From positions 1-62,193 of the IMG/VR virus record IMGVR_UViG_3300027736_000047: a stretch of DNA of 62,193 nucleotides. One strand, written 5' to 3'. Source of the DNA: a virus (lineage: Duplodnaviria > Caudoviricetes). The translations under genes were made by a program, and so were the position numbers. The notes beneath the pieces are model-generated. The model saw only the letters and a list, made by a program, of their open reading frames with translations, was not told the origin of the DNA and did not search any database. Below, piece after piece: positions 1-10,719 of the stretch (position 1 is the first letter of the stretch; the number at the start of each line of letters is the position of its first letter).

Positions 1-1002
1 GACGCACACGACATCATCACTATAAACCGTGCATACAACGAAATTAGCACTGATGTTGCAGACATCATTAACTACCACGCATCACCAGTAACGGTAATCG
101 TGGGTGCTAAAGCCTCTAACTTAGAAAAGGGCGCAAAGAAGGTTTGGGGCGGTCTTCCAAAAGACGCCCAAGTCTTCAACTTAGAAGGCGGTGCTCAAGG
201 TATAGACGGAGCCTTGAAGTATCTTGAACTTCTAAAAAGATCTATGCATGAACTTATGAACATTCCAGAAACTGCGCTTGGACAAGTTCAGCCCATTTCA
301 AATACTTCTGGTGTAGCACTTTCTATTCAGTATCAACCATTAATGAATCGTTATTCACAGAAGGTAGCCCAATACGGAAAGGGCTTAGAAAATATAAATG
401 CGTTAGTAATAAAGACTCTTGCAGTAAAAGAACCACAAACATTTATTTATAATCCAGATGTAGATGGACCAATTAAAGAGGGTCAATATCCACAACTAGA
501 CCCAAATGATTCAGTTACTTATATTAACTATGCACAATTTCCACAACCTTTACCACTTGATAAATTGATCGTGCTCAACGAGATCCAGACCAAGTTGGGT
601 ATGGGATTAGAGTCCAAAGAGGGTGCATTGCGTCAACTTGGCGAAGAATTTCCAGAAGAAAAATTGCTTGAAATTCGTGAGGAACTCATGGCCGATGCCC
701 AGGCTGATGGCGCTCTACAACTTGTTAAGATTCAAATTCAAAAACAGATTATGGATATGACAGGCATGATGCCTGGTCCTGATGGTAGTAGTGCAATTCC
801 AATGCAACCAACAGTCTTGGGAGATGGGGATGTAATGGGAGATGGAATGGAAGGCCCACAAGACCCAGATAATCCAATGAACCCTGCAAGTCAAGAGGCT
901 AAAGGCATGGAAGTTCAAGCCGAAGCAGAGATTAGAAACAAACTCGTCACTGATGCCTATGGAACAAAAATTCCACAAAGAAGGACAGTAGACAGAGATT
1001 AA
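1..1002 (+). CDS. Portal protein (SPP1-like), 5' truncated by window start
   Basis: Frame open from base 1; SNTSGVAL motif typical of SPP1-type portals; directly upstream of scaffold and capsid. Confidence 0.85.
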   Translation, partial: DAHDIITINRAYNEISTDVADIINYHASPVTVIVGAKASNLEKGAKKVWGGLPKDAQVFNLEGGAQGIDGALKYLELLKRSMHELMNIPETALGQVQPISNTSGVALSIQYQPLMNRYSQKVAQYGKGLENINALVIKTLAVKEPQTFIYNPDVDGPIKEGQYPQLDPNDSVTYINYAQFPQPLPLDKLIVLNEIQTKLGMGLESKEGALRQLGEEFPEEKLLEIREELMADAQADGALQLVKIQIQKQIMDMTGMMPGPDGSSAIPMQPTVLGDGDVMGDGMEGPQDPDNPMNPASQEAKGMEVQAEAEIRNKLVTDAYGTKIPQRRTVDRD

Positions 1003-1135
1003 TTAGAATTCTGATATAAAATTCAGAGTACAGCGAGACATACTTACTTTAATAGAGTGAAGTTGTATCGTTATAAATTAACGTGATACGCCGCAAGGCA
1101 TTCGGACAATGACCCAAGAAATATAGGTGATTACT

Positions 1136-1894
1136 ATGGAAAATGCAACACAAGATATGCAAGTAATGCAAGAAATTGCTGTTGCGGAAGCAGCAGCCGT
1201 AGTAGAAGCGAGTGGTGAGACCTCAGTGTACACAGTCGACGATCTTGCAAAAGCACGAGAGCAAGAGAAGTCTAAGTTGTACCCACAACTTGAAAAGATG
1301 AGAGAAGAACTTTCATCTCTACGAAAAGAAAAAGAAGAAGAAGCAGCACGTAGAGTTCAACTCGAATCAGCAAAACAAGTAGAAGAGTTGGCTATACAAA
1401 AAGCAAAGGAAGAAGAAGAACTTTCTTTTAAAGATCTCCTAAAAAAGAAGGAGCAAGAATTTCAGTCTCAAATAGAGGCTGAGCGTCTTGAAAGAGAACG
1501 TGCTTTTGCTCTTCTAGATCAGGAACGTAAGTTCCAAGAAGTAACAAACTATCGTTCATCACGGATCGAACAAGAACGGGACAATATTGTTCCTGAATTA
1601 ATTGATTTAGTTGATGGTAACAATTCCGATGAGATTGAACAGAGCATCGCAATGTTGAAAGAAAAATCTGTTCGAATTTTGTCATCCGCCCAACAGGCAA
1701 TGCAAAATGCAAGACAACAAATGGCAGGAACTAGGATTACTAATCCTGCCGCAGGACCCCTCGATAATGACTCGGACCAAAAAACGTACTCACCTGATTC
1801 GATCAGGGAAATGTCATTGGCGGATTATGCGAAACAAAGAGCCAAATTACTTGGCGCTGCAGCAAGCAATCGTGGTCAGGGACTGTTCGGTTAA
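1136..1894 (+). CDS. Capsid scaffolding protein
   Basis: E/K/Q-rich coiled coil, between portal and capsid, C-terminal MSLADYAKQRAKLLG helix; ATG at 1136 follows AGGTGA. Confidence 0.8.
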   Translation: MENATQDMQVMQEIAVAEAAAVVEASGETSVYTVDDLAKAREQEKSKLYPQLEKMREELSSLRKEKEEEAARRVQLESAKQVEELAIQKAKEEEELSFKDLLKKKEQEFQSQIEAERLERERAFALLDQERKFQEVTNYRSSRIEQERDNIVPELIDLVDGNNSDEIEQSIAMLKEKSVRILSSAQQAMQNARQQMAGTRITNPAAGPLDNDSDQKTYSPDSIREMSLADYAKQRAKLLGAAASNRGQGLFG

Positions 1895-1928
1895 TCCCAA
1901 ACAACTACTAGGAAAGGACTTGACCTAA

Positions 1929-3059
1929 ATGGCAAGTGCAATTACAGGTACAGGCTCTCTCGCAGGAAGCCCAACCGCTTATTCAGGCAGCAACAGCAGC
2001 CTGAACCAAGCAATTCAAACAATCTGGTCGAAAGAAATTTTGTTCCAGGCAATGCCAATTCTTCGTTTCGAACAATTCGCAGTTAAGAAGACTGAACTAG
2101 GTGTAGCACCTGGTCTTCGTGTGAACTTCCTTCGTTACAAGAACTTCGCAATTGATCCAACTCCTCTTACAGAAGGCGTTCGTATGACAACAAACGCACT
2201 TACTGCAGAGCAAATCGCAATTACAGTTGCAGAGCACGGTTATGCCGTTGCTGTTTCTGAATTGCTTCTTAATGCATCATTTGATGATGTAATGGCTTCG
2301 GCATCTCGTCTTCTAGGTCGCCACATGGCACAGTACCTAGATGTACAAGCACGCAACACTCTCTCTGCTGCAACTTCAGCAGTCTTTGGATACAACCGTT
2401 CAGCACTACAAGGTGTTAACGATTGGTACAACGAAGGCACAGCAGCAACAGCAGTTGCAGAACTTGATGGTGGGTTTAACCTATCAACAGGTGCTGTAAA
2501 AGATGCCGCTCTTACCCTTGCTGGTAAGAACATCCCTCGTTTAGGCGAGACATACGTAATGTTCGTTCATCCAAAGCAGTCACGAGATATTCGTTCGAAC
2601 CCAGAGTTCATCGAAGTAACTAAGTACGCTGCTCCAGGTAACTTCATGTTAGGTGAAATCGGACGTCTGTATGACGTAGTATTTATCGAAACCACACAGG
2701 TTAGAAAAGTACTTGCTGCAGAAAGTTACGGAAACTACACCGCTAACGTTGGTGCTCCAGCAAATCAGTATGAAGTTCCTGTAAAGGCTAACACAGCCCC
2801 AGGACAAGGTGGTAACCCAGTATCTGCAGATTACACAGCAGAAAAAGGTTATTTCACTTCTGAGTCTGGTTGGACTGCAGACATCTATGAAGCAATCATG
2901 ATTGGTGACAATGCATTTGGTCACGCAATCTCACTCCCTGTTGAACTACGTGATGGTGGCGTTCTTGACTTCGGTCGTGAGCACGCTCTTGCTTGGTACG
3001 CAATTTGGGGTCTTGGCGTAATCACAGATCAAGCGATCTGTAAGGTTTACACCAACTAA
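1929..3059 (+). CDS. Major capsid protein (HK97 fold, N4-gp56-like)
   Basis: LTEGV, FVHP, GEIGRLYDVVFIET and DFGRE...AWY motifs; strong RBS; position. Confidence 0.92.
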   Translation: MASAITGTGSLAGSPTAYSGSNSSLNQAIQTIWSKEILFQAMPILRFEQFAVKKTELGVAPGLRVNFLRYKNFAIDPTPLTEGVRMTTNALTAEQIAITVAEHGYAVAVSELLLNASFDDVMASASRLLGRHMAQYLDVQARNTLSAATSAVFGYNRSALQGVNDWYNEGTAATAVAELDGGFNLSTGAVKDAALTLAGKNIPRLGETYVMFVHPKQSRDIRSNPEFIEVTKYAAPGNFMLGEIGRLYDVVFIETTQVRKVLAAESYGNYTANVGAPANQYEVPVKANTAPGQGGNPVSADYTAEKGYFTSESGWTADIYEAIMIGDNAFGHAISLPVELRDGGVLDFGREHALAWYAIWGLGVITDQAICKVYTN

Positions 3060-3070
3060 TTGATTTACCC

Positions 3071-3113
3071 TGATGTCTGGGAGCCATACTCCTTCTTTGG
3101 CTCCCAGCCATCA
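3071..3113 (+). promoter_or_regulatory. Stem-loop with anti-Shine-Dalgarno loop after capsid gene
   Basis: Stem CTGGGAGCCA/TGGCTCCCAG (3077-3107), loop TACTCCTTCTT; no U-tract. Confidence 0.6.
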
Positions 3114-3139
3114 ACAACTAACTTAGGAGAATAAATATC

Positions 3140-3511
3140 GTGGCAAATACACAAACAAGTCCGCTTGATGCAACAGGCAGAGCAGCGGAACAAGCAACAA
3201 AAAAGAATGCGTCAGAACTAAAGAAGCGTAAAGAAGAACTTTCTATCGCTACTCAAATTGAGGCGGAGAGTTTGGAAAAGGATGTATTCGATCCTAAAAA
3301 ACCAGACGTTCCTCTTGTTTTAGATGATATTGAAAATGTCGGAGTATCAACTGCTGGAGACTATGTAGTCATCCGCACAATTACTGACGTTGACGAGATG
3401 ACCTATGGAGTGGGTAATGTTTACACCTTTAAAGCAGGTGTTAAATATAGAGTTCCATCAAGTCTTGCAAATTATTTAGAACAACTTGGCTATATTTGGC
3501 GGCCTAACTAA
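3140..3511 (+). CDS. Hypothetical head-associated protein
   Basis: AGGAG RBS, GTG start, immediately after capsid. Confidence 0.6.
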   Translation: MANTQTSPLDATGRAAEQATKKNASELKKRKEELSIATQIEAESLEKDVFDPKKPDVPLVLDDIENVGVSTAGDYVVIRTITDVDEMTYGVGNVYTFKAGVKYRVPSSLANYLEQLGYIWRPN

Positions 3512-3530
3512 ATTTAGCCCGTCGTTAATA

Positions 3531-3586
3531 GTCCGACTCTCAACTGGTTCCCGCCCTCCTCCCAGTTGGGAGTTGGACCTTTTTTT
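3531..3586 (+). terminator. Intrinsic terminator with 17-bp stem and C-rich loop
   Basis: GTCCGACTCTCAACTGG/CCAGTTGGGAGTTGGAC followed by T7. Confidence 0.8.
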
Positions 3587-3644
3587 GCGCTGAATAAATT
3601 CTTAATACACGAGATGATTGGCATAGAATTTTAATGGAGGTTAT

Positions 3645-4700
3645 GTGGCTACGATTGCAAGCCTTGCGGATCGCTTAAGGTCTGAAATTGGGGATACCCC
3701 TAAATCTTTTGTCTACACCTTTACTACAGATGGCACTACTAATAGGTTTTTAGTCCCCTATTCTCCTCTTGATGGAGCAAACCTAATAGTAAATAAAAAT
3801 GGCATCGAGATCTCTGCGGATGTTGAAGTTGAAGAGGCAACTGGCTATCTTGTTTTTGATGATGTACCTGCTAATGGTGACGATATAATTGTTGCTGGAA
3901 ACTACTTTAGATACTTTACAACAAACGAAGTTCAATCTTACATAAACATAGCGTTTTTAGAACACTCAGCCTTCCACACCGATGCCTATGGTCGCAGTGT
4001 TAGTCTGCAGAATATTCCTACACTTGAAGAGTATCCCGTAGTTGTTTACGCATCAACTCTTGCTTTGTATGCTTTAGCAAATGATGCCGCTTTTGATATT
4101 AACGTCTTTGCTCCAGATGGGGTGACAATACCACGATCTGAAAGATACCAACAATTGATGCAAATGATTCAAACTAGAAAAGAACAATACAAAGAACTTT
4201 GTTCTCAACTTGGTATTGGTATGTTTAAGATTGATGTCTTTAGTTTTCGCAGAATTTCAAAGACTACTAATCACTACGTGCCAATTTTTCAACCACAAGA
4301 AATCGACGACCGTTCAGCCGCTACTCGTGTCCACCTGCCTACTCCTACCTACGGCAATGTGGAGACTCCAGTATCAGTTGTTACTCAGGATCTCTTTGTC
4401 TATGAGGGAGATGCCTACGAATTTACAATTGTTCTTGACTTTGAGGTAGATACCTATACTGCAAAATCCGAGATTCTTGGCGTAGGAATTCCTGGAGTTA
4501 TAGCAACTTTTACAATTACATTTCCAAATGTTGGTACAGCAGATGGAGCAGGTCTTCGTACTCTAAAATTAGCACTCACTGGAACACAGACACGTATGTT
4601 GCCTAGTACCTCTTATTATGATGTTCAGTTAACTAAAGACGGAGTTACCCACACATACGTTAGAGGAAAGATATTTAAGACTGAAGAGGTAACAGAATGA
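3645..4700 (+). CDS. Head-tail adaptor/neck protein with extra beta domains
   Basis: N-terminal LRSEIGD motif, central YFTTNEV helix, C-terminal YYDVQL..G...TYVRGKI (BppU-like); position. Confidence 0.65.
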   Translation: MATIASLADRLRSEIGDTPKSFVYTFTTDGTTNRFLVPYSPLDGANLIVNKNGIEISADVEVEEATGYLVFDDVPANGDDIIVAGNYFRYFTTNEVQSYINIAFLEHSAFHTDAYGRSVSLQNIPTLEEYPVVVYASTLALYALANDAAFDINVFAPDGVTIPRSERYQQLMQMIQTRKEQYKELCSQLGIGMFKIDVFSFRRISKTTNHYVPIFQPQEIDDRSAATRVHLPTPTYGNVETPVSVVTQDLFVYEGDAYEFTIVLDFEVDTYTAKSEILGVGIPGVIATFTITFPNVGTADGAGLRTLKLALTGTQTRMLPSTSYYDVQLTKDGVTHTYVRGKIFKTEEVTE

Positions 4701-5011
4701 GTCAGTACGTAAGACCAGGAACTACTGTTCCAATTGTAGTAAATGACGTAATCTTAATAACTACACCCTCTAGTACTCAGGACTTTGGAACAACTAGCGG
4801 TACCCTAGAGCCCCAGGCTCTAGCCTACGAACATACCCAAGGAGCAGTTAGTTCCTCTTGGATAATTACTCATAATTTAGGATTTAAACCTAACGTTACA
4901 GTTGTAGACTCTGGGGGTACAATATATGAAGGTGAAATAACTTATACTAATTCGAACTCACTTACGGTCTCGTTCTCCCAAGCCTTTTCAGGAAAAGCAT
5001 ATTTATCTTAA
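4697..5011 (+). CDS. Virion fibre-associated small protein
   Basis: W.ITHNLG..P.VTV.D motif, also seen at the C-terminus of the next gene. Confidence 0.6.
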   Translation: MSQYVRPGTTVPIVVNDVILITTPSSTQDFGTTSGTLEPQALAYEHTQGAVSSSWIITHNLGFKPNVTVVDSGGTIYEGEITYTNSNSLTVSFSQAFSGKAYLS

Positions 5012-5024
5012 GGAGATAATGTAA

Positions 5025-7859
5025 ATGGCCCGTAAGTTTTTAACCCCGATTGATTTAAACAAATTAGAATTACAAAATGCAAGAATACAAAACTTAGCGA
5101 CCGCTCCAGCATCTCCCGTAGTTGGTCAAGTTTATTTTGACACAGTATTATTATATCTACGTACATGGAATGGCACTGCATGGATTAATGCAAGTCAAGG
5201 TTCTCAAGGAACTACTGGAGCACAAGGTACACAAGGTACCCTTGGTGCACAGGGAACTCTTGGAACACAAGGTGCGGTAGGTAGTCAAGGTACTGTTGGT
5301 TCACAAGGAGCAGTTGGCTCACAAGGTACAGTAGGTTCCCAAGGAACTGCTGGTGCACAAGGTTTAAACGGTTCTAATGGTGCTCAAGGTACACAAGGTA
5401 CCTTAGGTGCACAAGGTGCTGTAGGTTCTCAAGGAACTCAGGGAACTCTAGGTTCACAAGGTACTCAAGGAACTTTAGGTTCACAAGGTACACAAGGAAC
5501 TTTAGGCGCACAAGGTACTCAAGGAACATTAGGTGCTCAAGGTCTTGACGGAACTCAAGGTACTCAAGGTACTGAAGGTTCATTTGGTGGTATTACAGTT
5601 GAATATACCTTCAGTACTAGCACAACTATGTCAGACCCAGGCGATAATTTTGCTCGTTTCAATAATGCTGCATTAACCGCAGCGACCAGTCTTGCATTAG
5701 ACATTAACCCTTCTGATGGTAACTACGATGTCTCTAACTTCTTACAAACTATTGATGATTCAACATCTACTATTAAGGGTCACGTAAAAGTATCTAAGAA
5801 AAATAATACTTCTGTTTTTGCTCTTTATACAATTGCTAGTGTTGCTGATCAAACAGGTTGGTTTACTGTTGGCGTTGCTTATGTTTCTGGTAACGGAACC
5901 TTTAGCAATAACGATGAACTTCTATTTACATTTGCTCGTACTGGTGATGTCGGTGCTCAAGGAACCCAGGGAACAACTGGTTCTCAAGGCGTACAAGGAA
6001 CATTAGGTTCACAAGGAACTCAAGGTACCCTTGGATCTCAAGGTACTGTTGGATCTCAAGGAACTCAAGGTACTGTTGGTTCTCAAGGTACAGTTGGCTC
6101 ACAAGGAACTGTTGGTAGCCAAGGTACTCTTGGTGCACAAGGTGCAGTTGGTTCACAAGGAACTGTAGGTGCACAGGGAACTCAAGGTACTGATGGAACT
6201 CAAGGTGTACAAGGAAGTGTTGGTACTCAAGGAACCCAAGGTACTGTTGGATCTCAAGGCGTACAGGGAACTGTAGGTTCACAGGGAACCCAAGGAACTC
6301 TTGGAGCACAGGGAACTGTTGGTAGCCAAGGTACACAAGGAACTCTAGGTACTCAAGGTTTACAAGGTAAAGAAGGTAACTTTGGCGGTGTAACTGTTGA
6401 ATATGCATACAGTACAACCACCGCAATGTCAGACCCAGGTTCAACAAATATACGATTTAATAATGCATTTTTAGCATCTGCAACTCATCTTGTAATTGAT
6501 GATGAAGATGTAAATGCAACAAACATCTCTTCATATTTAGCAACTATTGATGACTCTACATCAACAATTAAGGGTCACGTAAAAGTATCTAAGAAATCTA
6601 ATGCGGCTGTATTTGCAATGTATGCAATCAACTCAATGGTTGATGACACAGGTTTCTTTAATTTAGATATTACATACTTATCTGGTGCTGGTTCTTTATC
6701 AAATACCGATGCAGTTCTTGTAACTTTTGCTCGTACTGGTGACGTTGGAGCCCAAGGTACTCAAGGTACACTCGGAGCCCAAGGCGTACAAGGTACAGTC
6801 GGATCTCAAGGAACCCAAGGAACTCTAGGAGCCCAAGGTACAACAGGCGCTCAAGGTACACAGGGCACAACAGGTACTCAGGGAACTGTTGGATCTCAGG
6901 GAACTCAAGGCGTACAAGGAACACTAGGAGCGCAGGGTACTCAAGGTACCCTTGGATCTCAAGGTACTGGTGGAATCCAAGGAACTGTCGGTTCACAGGG
7001 TACTGGTGGTACTCAAGGCGTACAAGGTACTTTAGGTACTCAAGGTGCTACTGGTGCTCAAGGCACACAGGGAACTCTTGGTGCACAGGGCGTACAAGGA
7101 ACTCTTGGAGCCCAAGGTACAACTGGTGCTCAAGGCACACAGGGAACTCTTGGTGCTCAAGGTGTTCAAGGAACACTAGGTGCTCAAGGTGTTCAAGGAC
7201 AATCTGATCGCTACAAGACAACCTCTACAACTACACGTTCAATTGCAGTAGCAAACAACGTAAGTTTTGTACTGGTTGATCCAAATCTTTCATACTCAGT
7301 AGGTCAAGACGTAGTAGTTGCTTACGATGTAAACAACAACATGTCTGCAACTGTAGTAAGTTACACAGCAAACACTGACACACTCGTCGTAAACGTTAAT
7401 GACGTTAGAGGTTCAGGAACATACTCTGCATGGTCAATTAACCTAGACGGTGCTACTGGTGTACAGGGTACAACTGGTGCACAAGGTACTCAAGGTACAT
7501 TAGGTACTCAAGGAACCCAGGGAACTCTTGGTGCTCAAGGTACACAAGGAACTGTAGGTTCACAAGGAACCCAAGGAACTCTTGGTGCTCAAGGTACACA
7601 AGGAACTCTTGGAACTCAAGGTACCTCTGGTCAACTTGGAACTTACGCAGAGACTATTACTCCAGTATCTCCATATTCAGCAACAACCTTTACAATTACA
7701 CACAGTCTTGGAACACGAGATGTGTTAGTAACTGTTCAAGACGCTACCTACAACGAAGTAGTTACTGATGTAGTTGCATCAACTACATCTGCTGTAACTA
7801 TCGGATTTGCAGTTGCTCCTGTTTCAGGTGAAACATACAGGGTAGTAGTTAAGGCTTAA
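5025..7859 (+). CDS. Collagen-like fibre protein
   Basis: Four Gly-X-Y blocks ([15 protein letters not shown]) separated by globular domains, two of which are duplicates. Confidence 0.85.
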   Translation: MARKFLTPIDLNKLELQNARIQNLATAPASPVVGQVYFDTVLLYLRTWNGTAWINASQGSQGTTGAQGTQGTLGAQGTLGTQGAVGSQGTVGSQGAVGSQGTVGSQGTAGAQGLNGSNGAQGTQGTLGAQGAVGSQGTQGTLGSQGTQGTLGSQGTQGTLGAQGTQGTLGAQGLDGTQGTQGTEGSFGGITVEYTFSTSTTMSDPGDNFARFNNAALTAATSLALDINPSDGNYDVSNFLQTIDDSTSTIKGHVKVSKKNNTSVFALYTIASVADQTGWFTVGVAYVSGNGTFSNNDELLFTFARTGDVGAQGTQGTTGSQGVQGTLGSQGTQGTLGSQGTVGSQGTQGTVGSQGTVGSQGTVGSQGTLGAQGAVGSQGTVGAQGTQGTDGTQGVQGSVGTQGTQGTVGSQGVQGTVGSQGTQGTLGAQGTVGSQGTQGTLGTQGLQGKEGNFGGVTVEYAYSTTTAMSDPGSTNIRFNNAFLASATHLVIDDEDVNATNISSYLATIDDSTSTIKGHVKVSKKSNAAVFAMYAINSMVDDTGFFNLDITYLSGAGSLSNTDAVLVTFARTGDVGAQGTQGTLGAQGVQGTVGSQGTQGTLGAQGTTGAQGTQGTTGTQGTVGSQGTQGVQGTLGAQGTQGTLGSQGTGGIQGTVGSQGTGGTQGVQGTLGTQGATGAQGTQGTLGAQGVQGTLGAQGTTGAQGTQGTLGAQGVQGTLGAQGVQGQSDRYKTTSTTTRSIAVANNVSFVLVDPNLSYSVGQDVVVAYDVNNNMSATVVSYTANTDTLVVNVNDVRGSGTYSAWSINLDGATGVQGTTGAQGTQGTLGTQGTQGTLGAQGTQGTVGSQGTQGTLGAQGTQGTLGTQGTSGQLGTYAETITPVSPYSATTFTITHSLGTRDVLVTVQDATYNEVVTDVVASTTSAVTIGFAVAPVSGETYRVVVKA
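5190..7630 (+). repeat. Collagen-coding degenerate 9/18-bp tandem repeats
   Basis: Recurrent GGWACWCAA-type units in four blocks. Confidence 0.85.
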
Positions 7860-7862
7860 TAC

Positions 7863-8285
7863 GTGAGTAAAAAAGCACTCGTACCATTAAACCTGTTTGC
7901 AGGAGGTTCAACACCTACTGGTAGATATGTTGGAGATGCTTATTTTGATACATCTTTAGGACGTCTAAAGATTTATAACGGCTCTGTTTGGCTTGAATTT
8001 CTTCCTACAAGTCAAACAGAGGAAATTCTGTATATTGATGGTGGCTTATATAGCACAGCATCTTATGGAGCAACCTCTGACGGGGGTTATCCAGACTCAG
8101 ATTACACCTCTGAATATGATGGTGGTGGAGTATGGAGCACTGCTTTATATCCAGATGGTCCACCAATTGATTTTTATGATGGTGGAATTTTTTCTACAGT
8201 TTATACCGCAAGTTTAGATGCTGGAGCCTACAATACTGTTTATACTGAAACAGGAATTGATGCAGGAGTTGTACAACAACCGTAA
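7863..8285 (+). CDS. Virion structural protein with DGG repeats
   Basis: GDAYFDT...LKIYNGSVW motif and six DGG/DAG repeats; between fibre genes. Confidence 0.6.
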   Translation: MSKKALVPLNLFAGGSTPTGRYVGDAYFDTSLGRLKIYNGSVWLEFLPTSQTEEILYIDGGLYSTASYGATSDGGYPDSDYTSEYDGGGVWSTALYPDGPPIDFYDGGIFSTVYTASLDAGAYNTVYTETGIDAGVVQQP

Positions 8286-8318
8286 AAAGTTGCAAGTTAA
8301 AGATCTAGGAGATCATCA

Positions 8319-8897
8319 ATGTCAACACTAAGAATTCAATCTCGCAGAGGCACAGCAGCACAGTGGACTTCTGCAAATCCAATCCTGTTTTCTGGTGAAT
8401 CTGGATTTGAAACTGACACAGGTAAATTTAAAATTGGTGATGGTACAACTGCTTGGACTTCTCTTAATTATCAAAATATTAGTGGTGCTCAAGGAACCGC
8501 TGGTACACAAGGAACTTTAGGTACAACTGGTAGCCAGGGAACCCAGGGAACACAGGGTACTCAAGGTACTCAAGGTACTCAAGGTACTCAAGGTTCTCAA
8601 GGCATTGTTGGTAGCCAAGGAACAACTGGTACTCAAGGAACTTTAGGTACTCAAGGAACTGTTGGTGCTCAAGGTGCTGTTGGTAGCCAAGGAACTACTG
8701 GTACTCAAGGAACTTTAGGTACTCAAGGTACACTCGGTTCTCAAGGTACTACAGGTGCTGGTACACAGGGTACACAAGGTACTCAAGGAACTTTAGGTTC
8801 TCAAGGTGTACAAGGATCTGCAATTCAAGGTACGGCAGGAACTTCTCCTTCAGGAACAGCCTCAGTTTCAGATGTACTAATGCTTGGTGGAATGTAA
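8319..8897 (+). CDS. Fibre protein, Mtd/hyaluronidase-like N-terminus plus collagen repeats
   Basis: RRGTAAQW..ANP.L..GE.GFETDTGKFKIGDG motif; Gly-X-Q repeats. Confidence 0.85.
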   Translation: MSTLRIQSRRGTAAQWTSANPILFSGESGFETDTGKFKIGDGTTAWTSLNYQNISGAQGTAGTQGTLGTTGSQGTQGTQGTQGTQGTQGTQGSQGIVGSQGTTGTQGTLGTQGTVGAQGAVGSQGTTGTQGTLGTQGTLGSQGTTGAGTQGTQGTQGTLGSQGVQGSAIQGTAGTSPSGTASVSDVLMLGGM

Positions 8898-9629
8898 CTA
8901 AAGTAATTCTGTACTACCGTTATGAATTTGACTGTATTGCGCTGCCTCTAATAAAAACTTTATAGGTTTATACACCTGTGGTTTTACTGTATAGGTATTA
9001 AATTTTATTTGATTCTCTTCTTGTTTTATTCGAAAATTAAATATATACCAATCTATAGGGCAGTTAATTCCTTTAAATTCAACATCAGCAATAGTCTTTT
9101 CTGCACCCCGTCTACTAATTGCGTACCCAGCGCAAGACCACTGTTGATATGATTTACAAATATACTTTTCATTTAAGTCATGCTCAGATTCATTATAAGC
9201 AAACAAAGAATCATCAGGAACAAAAAGTGAAAAGAAATCCCATATAGGCATAAGTTCATTCATGTACATCTTAGCAATAACTTTAAAATTCTTACTAATA
9301 ACTATGTCGTCTTCAAAAATTATTAACACATCTTTATCAGATTCTAAAAACTTTTTATAAGCCAAGTAAGTACTTGCCCAAACTCCCACAACCCCAGAAC
9401 TTGGTGGAAAAGTTTCCCCTGGCTTACAAAAGTCAGTAACTGTATTTACTTTAAATTTAGGTGTTTGATTAACAAATGCTTCAGCCTTATCAGCGGTATT
9501 TAAGTATATAGTAGGGGAGCCAAGACGAGGCAAAAAAGACATAGATTTTAAAATGCCCTCATAAGATTTGTTTCTTAATCTATTTCCAGTATCAATATGA
9601 AAGACTTCAAAGCAGGCGTTATCTAACAC
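8898..9629 (-). CDS. Glycosyltransferase, family 25-like
   Basis: GVVGVWASTY, LIIFEDD, YAISRRGAEK and CPIDW motifs match the GT25 pattern. Confidence 0.8.
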   Translation of the reverse strand: MLDNACFEVFHIDTGNRLRNKSYEGILKSMSFLPRLGSPTIYLNTADKAEAFVNQTPKFKVNTVTDFCKPGETFPPSSGVVGVWASTYLAYKKFLESDKDVLIIFEDDIVISKNFKVIAKMYMNELMPIWDFFSLFVPDDSLFAYNESEHDLNEKYICKSYQQWSCAGYAISRRGAEKTIADVEFKGINCPIDWYIFNFRIKQEENQIKFNTYTVKPQVYKPIKFLLEAAQYSQIHNGSTELL

Positions 9630-10156
9630 TTTTCAATCCATACCTGATAGCCAGATTCAATGATGTTATATTCACCCTTACAGACATTGAGGAAGCAGTC
9701 AACGCCCCTTTTAGGCTCTAGGTACTCCTTACCGCCGTAGTTCCATAGATAGTCATCAAATGCCATCACCCCACCTGATTCCAGGTGCCTGAAGCCATTT
9801 AAACCATCCATAGCGGTCTGTAGGGCGGTGTGGTCGCCATCTATGTATATGAAGTTATATGAACTAGCGTTACGAATAAAGAACTCATCACTGGTCATCT
9901 TGTGCTTTAAGATTCTTCCATCCTTTGGGAATCTTGAATCATAGTAAGCCTCTACTGAAACAAAATCCAAAGATTCATGGGCGGTCTCTTTACTGCCCTC
10001 CCACGTATCTACATCATCTAGGTATTCGATCTCTCGATTATTAAGGAGCCACTCGGTGGCGTCTCCTGTGTAGGTTCCAATTTGCAGTGCACGAAGTGGA
10101 ACACTTGGCACATGTCTAAAGTACTTTTCTACATCTTTAAACCAATTAGGAAACAT
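9623..10156 (-). CDS. Class I SAM-dependent methyltransferase (Methyltransf_24-like)
   Basis: LQIGTYTGD, FIYIDGDH, GGVMAFDDY motifs. Confidence 0.88.
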   Translation of the reverse strand: MFPNWFKDVEKYFRHVPSVPLRALQIGTYTGDATEWLLNNREIEYLDDVDTWEGSKETAHESLDFVSVEAYYDSRFPKDGRILKHKMTSDEFFIRNASSYNFIYIDGDHTALQTAMDGLNGFRHLESGGVMAFDDYLWNYGGKEYLEPKRGVDCFLNVCKGEYNIIESGYQVWIEKC

Positions 10157-10719
10157 TAGTTAAACAACTTTAGGTTATTAAGACATCCATTTATGTACTC
10201 TTCAGTCATAGAGTAATCATCTAGTAGGTGCTGGAATAAGGCTTTACTTTCATCTCTGCGTCCAACCCACCAACTAGCAACAGCCTTTTCAAACAGTAAG
10301 CAGTATGTGCCGTTGTATTCAACGTACCCTGGAAGTGGTTGATTGTGAGCATTAGTTGCAAATAATAAACCTAACTCTGCATATGTAAAGCACTCTTGAT
10401 ACTCTCTGTTGCGCTCTTTAATTCTAGACAATAAAAAGTAAGCCTCTGGTCTATTTGGTAAATAGGCAATGGCCTGCATAATGTTGTTGTATACAGTTTT
10501 ATTTCTGTCTCCTTGGGCACCCCAACACAGGGCCATCTTTAATAACGAGGTATATGTAATTAGTGGTTGAGTCTTGTACCCGTATTCAGCCGCTCTTAAA
10601 TAAAACCCTGCAGCAGATGCATACTGCAACTGCTCTTCATAAGCAGCAGCCAGGTTAAAGTTAATCTCGGCATCAAAAGGATTTTCAGCCAGTTTTAAGG
10701 CTACATCTTTAATTTCCAT
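10156..10719 (-). CDS. TPR-repeat protein (glycosyltransferase-associated)
   Basis: Helical repeats; AIAYLPNRPEAYFLL. Confidence 0.7.
   Translation of the reverse strand: MEIKDVALKLAENPFDAEINFNLAAAYEEQLQYASAAGFYLRAAEYGYKTQPLITYTSLLKMALCWGAQGDRNKTVYNNIMQAIAYLPNRPEAYFLLSRIKERNREYQECFTYAELGLLFATNAHNQPLPGYVEYNGTYCLLFEKAVASWWVGRRDESKALFQHLLDDYSMTEEYINGCLNNLKLFN

Noticed and set aside
1060-1110. Hairpins including GCC-GCAA-GGC upstream of the scaffold as a riboswitch
   Set aside because: Stems are short and match no family I can recognise
5374-6996. Minus-strand ORFs with repetitive YLE/FLV content
   Set aside because: Shadows of the collagen repeats on the opposite strand
5190-8830. Tandem repeats as a CRISPR array or DGR template
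   Set aside because: They are in-frame coding triplets with no unique spacers, and no reverse transcriptase is present
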